From: Actinomycetota bacterium
GTDB lineage: Bacteria > Actinomycetota > CADDZG01 > JAHWKV01 > JAOPZY01
Assembly: GCA_035636055.1 (NCBI GenBank)
Contig: DASPZW010000310.1
Span: 1-31,113 of the forward strand
DNA: 31,113 nucleotides
Direction: 5' to 3'
The notes below the pieces were generated by a model. The model was given only the letters and a program-made list of their open reading frames with translations. It searched no databases and was not told where the DNA came from. The position numbers were made by a program, and so were the translations under genes. Shown in pieces: positions 1 to 7,161 of the stretch. How positions within the stretch are numbered: position 1 is the first letter of the stretch; every line of letters starts with the position of its first letter.

Positions 1-543
1 GATGGGGAAGGGGATCGGCTGGTTCGGGCCGGCGACGACGTCGAAGAAGGCCAGGCGCCCGCCGGGGCGCACCACCCGCCGGAGCTCCCCGTAGAGGCCT
101 GCCTTGTCCGCGATGTTCATCGAGGCGTGCTGCGTCCACGCGACGTCGAAGGCTCGGGCCGGGAAGGGGAGTGCGGTCGCGTCACCGCAGACGATGCTCA
201 CCTGTCCGGCAAGCCCCGATCGCCGCGTGAGCGCCACCGCCGCCTCGCAGTATTTCGCGGTGAAGTCGACGCCCGTCACCCGGCAGCCGTGGGACCGGGC
301 GATGTGGCGAGCCGGGCCCCCGATGCCGCAGCCGGCGTCGAGGACGTGGTCGCCGGCCCCGAGCCCCGCCGCCTCGGCCAGGGCGGCGGTGGCCGCCGGC
401 CCGAGGGTATGGAACTCCTCGACCATGACCAGATCATCCGGCCCGATGTGCTCGGGGTCCTTCCCCGCGGCCGCCAGGGCCGCCAGGATGCCCGACAGGA
501 CGTCGCCCCGGGTGTACTGCGCCTCCACCTCGCTCCGGCTCAT
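1..543 (-). CDS. Class I SAM-dependent methyltransferase, partial (runs off the left edge); missing from the supplied ORF track
   Basis: Manual translation of the minus strand from ATG 543 (alternative ATG 555): MSRSEVEAQYTRGDV...HVLDAGCGIGGPARHIA...VTGVDFT...GDATALPFPARAFDVAW...LRRVVRPGGRLAFFD. SAM motif I (LDAGCGIGG) and downstream motifs present; no stop before base 1. Confidence 0.9.
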   Translation of the reverse strand, partial: MSRSEVEAQYTRGDVLSGILAALAAAGKDPEHIGPDDLVMVEEFHTLGPAATAALAEAAGLGAGDHVLDAGCGIGGPARHIARSHGCRVTGVDFTAKYCEAAVALTRRSGLAGQVSIVCGDATALPFPARAFDVAWTQHASMNIADKAGLYGELRRVVRPGGRLAFFDVVAGPNQPIPFPI

Positions 544-570
544 CGCCCCCAGCATAGGCGGTAGTCACGT

Positions 571-596
571 GGAACTATCTTCCCGCACACGCTCAA
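571..596 (+). promoter_or_regulatory. Candidate ECF-sigma promoter (GGAACT-N16-TCAA) upstream of the ECF sigma gene
   Basis: GGAACT at 571-576 and TCAA at 593-596 match the general ECF -35/-10 pattern and spacing; about 70 bp upstream of the sigma start. No experimental support. Confidence 0.4.
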
Positions 597-665
597 TCCC
601 GGCGGGCTTGCCAACCGACATACAGTGCAGACCGGGTGCGGGCGGAGGACCCGAGGAGAAAACGG

Positions 666-1247
666 TTGGCGTTGGGTGAGAGTTTCGAATCGGTCCTGGC
701 CGCGGCGCGGGTCGGTGCCGACTGGGCCTGGGAGGCCCTGTACCGGGACCTTGCCCCGCTCGTGCACGGCTACCTCCGCAGCCGCGGCTGCCGGGAGCCG
801 GAGGACGTAGTGGGCGAGGTCTTCCTCGCCGTCGCCCGGGACCTGGGCAGCTTCACCGGCGGCGAGCGCTCATTCCGCTCGTGGGTGCTGACGGTCGCGC
901 ATCACCGCATGCTCGACCAACTGCGCTACCAGAGCCGCCGGCCCTCGGAGCCCGTCGCCGGGGAGGTCATCGCCGGCACCACCGCCCGGGGCGCCGTCGG
1001 GGGGACCGTCGGGGGCAACGTCGAGGACGAGGCGCTGCAGTCCCTGACGACCGCTCGGATCCGCACGTTGGTCGACCGGCTGGCGGGTGACCAGCGTGAT
1101 GTCCTCCTCCTGCGGATCATCGGTGGCCTCACCGTCACCGAGGTCGCCGATGCCCTCAACAAGTCGCCCGGGGCCGTGAAGGCGCTCCAGCGCCGGGGGC
1201 TCGCCGCCGTCAAGCGGCTCATGGAAAGGGCGGTGGTACCCCTTTGA
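666..1247 (+). CDS. ECF-family RNA polymerase sigma-70 factor
   Basis: Region 2 (AWEALYRDLAPLVHGYL...EPEDVVGEVF...FRSWVLTVAHHRMLDQLR) and region 4.2 (LTVTEVADALNKSPGAVKALQRRGL). Start moved to TTG 666 because GAGGAG lies at 653-658. Confidence 0.93.
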   Translation: MALGESFESVLAAARVGADWAWEALYRDLAPLVHGYLRSRGCREPEDVVGEVFLAVARDLGSFTGGERSFRSWVLTVAHHRMLDQLRYQSRRPSEPVAGEVIAGTTARGAVGGTVGGNVEDEALQSLTTARIRTLVDRLAGDQRDVLLLRIIGGLTVTEVADALNKSPGAVKALQRRGLAAVKRLMERAVVPL

Positions 1248-2347
1248 CCCGACTCGGCGCTGACTCAGGTGACATGAAGGATCTTCCGGGCCTCCGAGAC
1301 GAGGACATCGACCGTTTGCTATCCGGCAAACGGCCGAACGCCGACGGGTTCGACGACCTCGCCGCGTTCGTACAGGGCGTCGAGGCGGCCTATGTCGCCC
1401 CGCCCTCGCCGGACGCCACGCGCCGGCACGTCATGGCGGCCGCCGCAGCCGCACGCGAGGCGGCCGGCGGCGCAACGGCACCCGCCGTGGCCCCTCGCGC
1501 CTCCGCGGCTCCCCTCGTCTCCCGGTGGCGCCGGAGGACGGTCTTCGGTGTCTCTGTGGCGACCGTGACCATGTCGCTCACCGGCATCGCCATCACCGCC
1601 GCGGCAGCCACCGGTGGCCTCGCGGCCAGGGGCGACCTGCCGGCGCCGATCCAACGGGTGGTCGCCCAGGCCGCCTCGGGCGTCGGTATCACCCTGCCGG
1701 CCAGCGACAAGCCGTCCGGGCCCTCCGGGCCCGGCACCGCGACCCCACGTGGCCTCCCGGCGACCTCAGGGGCCTCCGGCTCAACGCATGTGGCCTCGCC
1801 CGCCGCGGCCCCGACCGCCACCAACGGCCGCGGCCGCCACGACGACTCGACGGAGTCACCGGCGGGTGCTGTGGCCCCCACCTCGTCCTCCGCGGCGGGG
1901 GGCGACCACCACCGCGGGGGTGGCGACGGGAGCCAGGAAGGCGGCAGCGCCGCAACCGTTGCCACGCACGGCAACTGCGTGGTCTACGCGGAGACGATCG
2001 CCGCCGGTCTCGGCTTCAACGACGCCCAGCGATCCAGGTTCGTCTCGCTGGTGGCGCAAGACGAGACCGCCGTCACCGTGCGCGTCGCGGCAGGCACCAA
2101 GCCCGACGCCGCCTGCCAGCGGTCGATCGACACCGCCACGGCCGCCGTTTCGAACACCGGCCCGGTTCCGGGAGGTGGCGACGACCATTCGGGGTCGGGC
2201 CCCTCACCGACCCCGTCGCCGGCCCCCACCTCCAGCCCCACCCCCGGCTCGGACTCGGGCCACTCGGGGGTCTCCGGCAATGCCAGCCCCACGCCCACCC
2301 CGTCGCCCTCCTCGGGCAACCACGGTGGTCAGGGCGGGGGGAACTGA
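1244..2347 (+). CDS. Probable membrane-anchored anti-sigma factor: cytoplasmic N-domain, one TM helix, low-complexity extracytoplasmic tail with a small two-Cys domain
   Basis: TTGA overlap with the sigma stop (alternative ATG 1274); helical N-terminus (DEDIDRLLSG...DDLAAFV), RRRT followed by a hydrophobic segment (VFGVSVATVTMSLTGIAITAAA), then S/G/P/T-rich tail. Anti-sigma role inferred from position and topology. Confidence 0.65.
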   Translation: MTRLGADSGDMKDLPGLRDEDIDRLLSGKRPNADGFDDLAAFVQGVEAAYVAPPSPDATRRHVMAAAAAAREAAGGATAPAVAPRASAAPLVSRWRRRTVFGVSVATVTMSLTGIAITAAAATGGLAARGDLPAPIQRVVAQAASGVGITLPASDKPSGPSGPGTATPRGLPATSGASGSTHVASPAAAPTATNGRGRHDDSTESPAGAVAPTSSSAAGGDHHRGGGDGSQEGGSAATVATHGNCVVYAETIAAGLGFNDAQRSRFVSLVAQDETAVTVRVAAGTKPDAACQRSIDTATAAVSNTGPVPGGGDDHSGSGPSPTPSPAPTSSPTPGSDSGHSGVSGNASPTPTPSPSSGNHGGQGGGN

Positions 2348-2348
2348 G

Positions 2349-3299
2349 TCAGGCGCTCTTGAGCGCAGCCATCGCGTGGTGGGTCGCGGCGGCGGGGGTG
2401 AGTGATCCGGCCGGTAGCTCGACGACGAAGGCGGTCGTGCCCGCGAACATGTGGTTCTCCCATGAGGTCGCGCTGCCCGGGTACCGTTGCAGTTGCTGGG
2501 TCCTGAGCCCGACCATCGACGCGTAGCGCGTCTCGATCGACGCATCGCCGCCGGACAGGTCCACGAGGTCCTCGTGCTGGTGATACCAGATGGTCACGGT
2601 GGGCCGCACCTTGTCGAGGAAGTCGACGGCGAGCTTCGACTCCGGCTCGGAGAGGGCCGACGGACCCGAATACATCAGGCCGCCCCGGGCATCCAGGGGT
2701 TGCCAGGCGTACGGGAAGTTGCGGTTGAGATCGACCCCGTCGGCGTTCTGCCGGGTCCCGGCGGCGAGCCCGTCGGGATTCAGGACCTCGATGACCCACA
2801 CCGCCGTGCCCTGGGGTGGGGCGAGCTGCTCGAGCCGCCGGGCGACGGCGATCCCGGCAGGTTCGTTGCCGTGGATGCAGCCGACGACCAGCAGGGTGCG
2901 CGCCGCGGCGGGGTCGCCGAATTCGACGGCGGTGATGGGACGGCCCTTGACCGACTGCCCGAGGACCAGCGTCCTGACCGGCACGGGAGGCGCGCCAGTT
3001 GGGACAGCCATCGTGGCCGGTGGGGAAGGGGGCGCCGGTCGGGGGAGGGAGGTCGCGGGAGCGGCCGCCGGGGGGGCCGAAGCCGCCGGTGAGGGCGAGG
3101 GTGCCGGCGTGGCGGTCTCGGTGGGGGAGCCGGGCGTTCCGGGCGAGACGGTCCCGGTCGCCCCTCGCGTTGCCGCAGGCGCTGCGGCGCCCGGGCTGGT
3201 CCCGCAGGCGGTGCCAAGGACGAGGGCGAGGGCCGCAACGAACGGCAACGTTCGGGGGGGGACCGGCCGGAAGTGGCTGCTCATGATGACCTGCCCCAT
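2349..3299 (-). CDS. M14-family zinc carboxypeptidase, murein peptide amidase A (MpaA)-like, predicted lipoprotein
   Basis: IHGNE (HxxE), NPDG, RQNADGVDLNRNFP, WYHQ and VELP motifs; hydrophobic signal ending LGTAC; Pro/Ala/Thr linker. Start 3299 or 3284. Confidence 0.85.
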   Translation of the reverse strand: MGQVIMSSHFRPVPPRTLPFVAALALVLGTACGTSPGAAAPAATRGATGTVSPGTPGSPTETATPAPSPSPAASAPPAAAPATSLPRPAPPSPPATMAVPTGAPPVPVRTLVLGQSVKGRPITAVEFGDPAAARTLLVVGCIHGNEPAGIAVARRLEQLAPPQGTAVWVIEVLNPDGLAAGTRQNADGVDLNRNFPYAWQPLDARGGLMYSGPSALSEPESKLAVDFLDKVRPTVTIWYHQHEDLVDLSGGDASIETRYASMVGLRTQQLQRYPGSATSWENHMFAGTTAFVVELPAGSLTPAAATHHAMAALKSA

Positions 3300-3314
3300 C
3301 CTCGCTCAAAGGTC

Positions 3315-4277
3315 ATGCTGGTGACGATGATGTGCTCGTCGCGGCGCGCGAGGTCGGCCCTCGTGGCGGCAACGCTCCTGCTCGGTGCCTGCAGCCGGTC
3401 CTCGCAGCGCCTCCCGCCCACGAGTTCACCTGCAGGCCCGACCGCCACCGTCACCACCCCAGCTCCCCCCACCGTGGCACCGAGCTCCAGCCCGACCCTG
3501 CCGGCGAGGCCTGCTCCCCCGCTGGCGCCTGCCCCGACAGCGCTCCCGAAGGCGACCACGTCGCCAGCTCCGCTCCCCACCGCGGCCACGAGGGGCCTGG
3601 GCCCCCTACCCACCGGCGGCCTCGCCGGCAGGGTCGTTGCCATCGACCCCGGCCACAACGGCCAGAACTACGCCCACACCGCCGAGATCAACCGGCTCGT
3701 GAACATCGGCAACGGGACGAAGGCGTGCGACACGACCGGCACCGCCACGAGGGACGGGTACAGCGAGGCGGCCTACAACCTGGACGTGGTGCAGCGTCTC
3801 GCCTCCCTCCTCTCGGCGGCGGGCGCCAGGGTGGTCCTGACGCGTGCCGACAACAGCGGGTGGGGGCCGTGCATCGACCAGCGCGCGGCCATCGCGAACC
3901 AGGCGCACGCCGACGTCGCCATCTCGATCCACGCCGACGGCTCGACCACGGGGCGTGGCTTCCACGTCATCTACCCGGCCAGCCTGCCCGGTCTCACCGC
4001 CGCCATCGCCGCCCCGTCGCTGCGGCTCGCCCTCGACGTCCGCAGCGCCTACGCCGCGGGCACCGGGGTCCCCTACTCGACCTACATCGGCCACGCGGCC
4101 CTCGACCAGCGCAGCGACCTGGGCGGTTTGAACCTCTCCACGGTTCCCAAGGTCTTCATCGAGACGGGCAATATGCGTGATGCCGCCGATGCCGCCCTCC
4201 TGGAAGACCCAGGCTTCCGGCAACGGGCCGCGCAGGCCTTGGCCGCCGGCCTGCAAGCATTCCTGACCGGGCACTGA
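3315..4277 (+). CDS. N-acetylmuramoyl-L-alanine amidase (Amidase_3), Rv3717/Ami1-like, predicted lipoprotein
   Basis: VAIDPGHNG, SEAAYNL, ISIHADG and FIETGNM zinc/catalytic motifs; the Cys pair typical of Rv3717-like amidases (GTKACD, GPCIDQRA); lipobox LLLGAC. Start uncertain (3315/3327/3330). Confidence 0.9.
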   Translation: MLVTMMCSSRRARSALVAATLLLGACSRSSQRLPPTSSPAGPTATVTTPAPPTVAPSSSPTLPARPAPPLAPAPTALPKATTSPAPLPTAATRGLGPLPTGGLAGRVVAIDPGHNGQNYAHTAEINRLVNIGNGTKACDTTGTATRDGYSEAAYNLDVVQRLASLLSAAGARVVLTRADNSGWGPCIDQRAAIANQAHADVAISIHADGSTTGRGFHVIYPASLPGLTAAIAAPSLRLALDVRSAYAAGTGVPYSTYIGHAALDQRSDLGGLNLSTVPKVFIETGNMRDAADAALLEDPGFRQRAAQALAAGLQAFLTGH

Positions 4278-4502
4278 GTCCCGGTCCCAGGGGCTGGAAC
4301 CTCTGTGAGTAAAAGCCGTCGTTCTACGACGCGCGACGGAATGTACTCAAAGTTTCGACTGCGATCCCCGAACAAAACAGCTGTGGGTCATATGTCTTGC
4401 CGGTCCCCGGGTCGGTCGTCCCATGACGGCCCGCCGCCGTGCTGCGACACTCTTGAACATCCGGGGGACGGGTGGCACTCGACCGCGGTGGGAGGTGAGA
4501 CC

Positions 4503-5243
4503 ATGGACGCAGCGATGCCGCCAGCCGCTGAGACGCCTTTGGGTTCTGACTGCGACGGTGCTCCCACCGTCCCTCCCATCCGCGTCTTCCTCGTCGACGA
4601 CCACAGTGTGGTCCGCCGGGGGATGCAGGCCTACCTCGAACTCGTCGACGACATCGAGGTGGTGGGAGAGGCGGGCGGCGGGGAGGAGGCCCTCGACCTG
4701 ATCGGCGCCATGTCCGCGGACGGGGCAGCGCCGGACGTCGTGATGATGGATCTCGTCATGCCGGGCATGGACGGGATCGCCGTCACCAGGATCCTGCGCC
4801 AGCGCCACCCCGAGGTGGAGGTCATCGCCCTCACGAGCTTCGCGGAGCCCGAGCGGGTGCACGGCGCACTGCAGGCCGGGGCAGAGGGTTACCTGCTCAA
4901 GGACGCCGAGGCCGACCAGGTGGCTGCCGCGATCCGGGCGGCCCACCGCGGGGAGGTGCACCTGGAGCCGACGGTGGCCAAGCAGCTTTCCCAGTCGCTG
5001 CGCACGCCGCGCCCCCAGACCGCCGAGATGCTGACCAACCGCGAGCGGGAGGTGTTGCGGCTGGTCGCCACGGGTATGTCCAACCGGGAGATCGCCAGGA
5101 CCTTGATGATCAGCGAGCGCACCGCCCGCACGCACGTGAGCAACATGCTGATCAAGCTCGGCCTCCCCTCGAGGACGCAAGCCGCCCTGTGGGCGGTACG
5201 CGAAGGGGTGATCGATGGCCTCGCGGGCGTCCCCGATGGCTGA
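4503..5243 (+). CDS. NarL/LuxR-family response regulator
   Basis: VFLVDDH, phospho-acceptor VVMMDLVMP, GYLLKD, LuxR HTH (LTNREREVL...SNREIARTLMISERTARTHVSN). GGAGGTG precedes ATG 4503. Confidence 0.95.
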   Translation: MDAAMPPAAETPLGSDCDGAPTVPPIRVFLVDDHSVVRRGMQAYLELVDDIEVVGEAGGGEEALDLIGAMSADGAAPDVVMMDLVMPGMDGIAVTRILRQRHPEVEVIALTSFAEPERVHGALQAGAEGYLLKDAEADQVAAAIRAAHRGEVHLEPTVAKQLSQSLRTPRPQTAEMLTNREREVLRLVATGMSNREIARTLMISERTARTHVSNMLIKLGLPSRTQAALWAVREGVIDGLAGVPDG

Positions 5244-6867
5244 GCTTCCCGGGCTCGGACCTCCGAGCCCTGCGAGCACTGCGAACCCTGCGCCGGACAT
5301 ACCCCGCGGGCACGGCCCGGCAACGAGCATCGCCGACAGCCTCACCCTCGCCTGCCGCTGGGTCGTGGTAGGGATCGCGATCGTCGCGGTGGTGCTCGCC
5401 GCACTGAACACCTACATCCTGGTGGTGCTGCGCCCACCCGCCCTTCGGTACACCTCCGGGGAGCACGCCCTCAACCTTGCCGACGCGGCGATGATCGACG
5501 AGGAGGCCGGCTTGCGGGGCTACCTCCTCACCCGCGATCAGAGCCTGCTCGACGTGTACGAGCACGGTGTGGCGGCGCTGTCGAAGCAGAACGACGCGGC
5601 GAACCGCGACCTCGGTGCCGACCCGAAGGTCGCCGGCCTGCTGCAGGCCATGCGCAAGGCCCAGGCCGACTGGGCGACCAAATGGGCGGCTCCCGCCTTG
5701 AACCAGCCGCCGGCGGGGCCGACGGCGCTCGTAGCCTTCCTCGACCAGGGACGGGCCCTCTTCGACGCCTACCGCCGCAGCGAGCAGACGCTGCTCGACA
5801 AGGTGGAAGCCGAACGGGCAACCCTGAGCCGCCGGGCCGGCGACAGCCTCGCGATCATGCTGGCGGTCATCGTCGTCATCGGCGGGGCGCTGATCGCCGT
5901 CACGCTCGTCGAGCGCCGCCGCTTCCGCCGGCTCCTGCTCCGCCCCCTGGCGGAGATCCTCGCCACCACGGACCGCATCGCCAACCACGAACTCGCCGCT
6001 CGCGCCCGGGTGGACGGGCCGGAGGAATTCCGGCGGATCGCCCGAGCGGTCAACCAGATGGCCTCCGCGCTCAAGGGCTTCCAGGACCACCTGGCCGAGG
6101 AGAACGAGCAGATCCTCGCCGAGATGCAGGGCAGGGTCGCCCTGGAGGAGCGAACATTCCTCGCCCGCGAACTGCACGACTCGATCTCCCAGATCCTCTT
6201 CTCGATGACCCTGCAGACCCGCGCCGCAGAGCTGACCCTCCAGAAAGAGGGTCTCGACCCGTCGGGGGCGCTGGCCCACCACCTGGCCAGGATGCGCGAG
6301 CTCACCAACGGGGCCCTTGCGGAGATGCGGGCACTCATCTTCGAGCTCAGGCCGGGGGCGTTGCGGGAAGAGGGCCTCGTCGCGGCCCTGCGCAAGCAGG
6401 CGGCCGGGATCGCCGCCCGCGATGGCTTCGGAGTCGAGGTCGATGCCCCGGAGGAGCGGATCGACCTCGACCCGATCACCGAGGAGCAGCTGTACCGCAT
6501 CGGCCAGGAGGCGCTCCACAACGTCATGAAGCACGCCGGCGCGACCAGGGTCCGCATCAGCCTCGTGCCGCCGCCGGGGCCCGGCGCGACCGAGGGTACC
6601 TCGCCGGAGGAACTGCTCCTCGAGATCACCGACGACGGCTGCGGGTTCGATCCCACCCTTCCCCGTCCCGGGCACCTTGGCCTGCAGACCATGAGCCAGC
6701 GGGCACGGCGCATCATCGGCCGGCTGGAGGTGGACAGCCATCCGGGCGAGGGCACCACGGTCCGGGTGCGTGTCATCCCGCGCCGGCGAGCTGGCGACCC
6801 GAGCGCGGGGTACCGGCCGGTACCAGCCGCCGCACCCCCTCGATCCCGGGAGCCGGCCGGCACCTGA
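5236..6867 (+). CDS. Sensor histidine kinase: TM-CHASE3-TM-HAMP-HisKA_3-HATPase
   Basis: CHASE3-like motif DEEAGLRGYLLT between two hydrophobic helices; HAMP (PLAEIL...GPEEFRRIARAVNQM); H-box ERTFLARELHDS; EALHNVMKHA, DDGCGF, HLGLQTM. ATG 5236 overlaps the regulator stop. Confidence 0.93.
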   Translation: MAELPGLGPPSPASTANPAPDIPRGHGPATSIADSLTLACRWVVVGIAIVAVVLAALNTYILVVLRPPALRYTSGEHALNLADAAMIDEEAGLRGYLLTRDQSLLDVYEHGVAALSKQNDAANRDLGADPKVAGLLQAMRKAQADWATKWAAPALNQPPAGPTALVAFLDQGRALFDAYRRSEQTLLDKVEAERATLSRRAGDSLAIMLAVIVVIGGALIAVTLVERRRFRRLLLRPLAEILATTDRIANHELAARARVDGPEEFRRIARAVNQMASALKGFQDHLAEENEQILAEMQGRVALEERTFLARELHDSISQILFSMTLQTRAAELTLQKEGLDPSGALAHHLARMRELTNGALAEMRALIFELRPGALREEGLVAALRKQAAGIAARDGFGVEVDAPEERIDLDPITEEQLYRIGQEALHNVMKHAGATRVRISLVPPPGPGATEGTSPEELLLEITDDGCGFDPTLPRPGHLGLQTMSQRARRIIGRLEVDSHPGEGTTVRVRVIPRRRAGDPSAGYRPVPAAAPPRSREPAGT

Positions 6868-7035
6868 AGTTGCCGCACTAGTAGGTTCGCTTCATGCTGC
6901 CAGAGCGGTGGGGTGTTGCTCCGACGGTCGGGATCGCGCCGCCGGGGACCGAGCCACCGAGCTTGAGAACCGTGTGCCGCTCCGTCGCTCGCTCGCCGGT
7001 CCTCTGCATTTGCCACCGACATTGCGATTCGCACC

Positions 7036-7080
7036 TTCGAGGCAGGTCAGCAGGCGTGTATCTGCTCCCTGACTGCCTTC
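7036..7080. other. Long imperfect hairpin in the kinase/amidase convergent spacer
   Basis: AGGCA/TGCCT and GTCAG/CTGAC arms around CAG-gcgtgtat-CTG, visible in sequence; function unknown. Confidence 0.4.
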
Positions 7081-7101
7081 TTGTACGTGTTCCCGAGGTC
7101 T

Positions 7102-7133
7102 GAAAAAAACACGCGTATACGCGCGTTTTTTTC
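7102..7133. terminator. 32-bp near-perfect palindrome, probable bidirectional intrinsic terminator
   Basis: GAAAAAAAC-a-CGCGTATACGCG-c-GTTTTTTTC, one mismatch; gives a U7 tail on both strands; between convergent genes, 28 bp past the amidase stop. The GC stem is short. Confidence 0.55.
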
Positions 7134-7161
7134 CGAGGCTCCCGAGGCTCCACCCGCCGGC

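Noticed and set aside
2190-2330. Repetitive ccc/acc-rich tracts in the anti-sigma tail and lipoprotein linkers
   Set aside because: They encode Pro/Ser/Thr/Ala linkers; no constant repeat-spacer structure, so not CRISPR or a mobile element.
5152-6741. Long antisense or alternative-frame ORFs (e.g. 5152-6741 -, 13115-14992 +, 17802-20126 -, 26377-27786 +, 29683-30798 -)
   Set aside because: They overlap well-supported genes, are Arg/Pro/Gly-rich without motifs, and are the expected shadow ORFs of GC-rich coding DNA.
6894-7103. 69-aa Cys/His-containing ORF in the kinase/amidase spacer
   Set aside because: No RBS, atypical codon usage and no recognisable motif.
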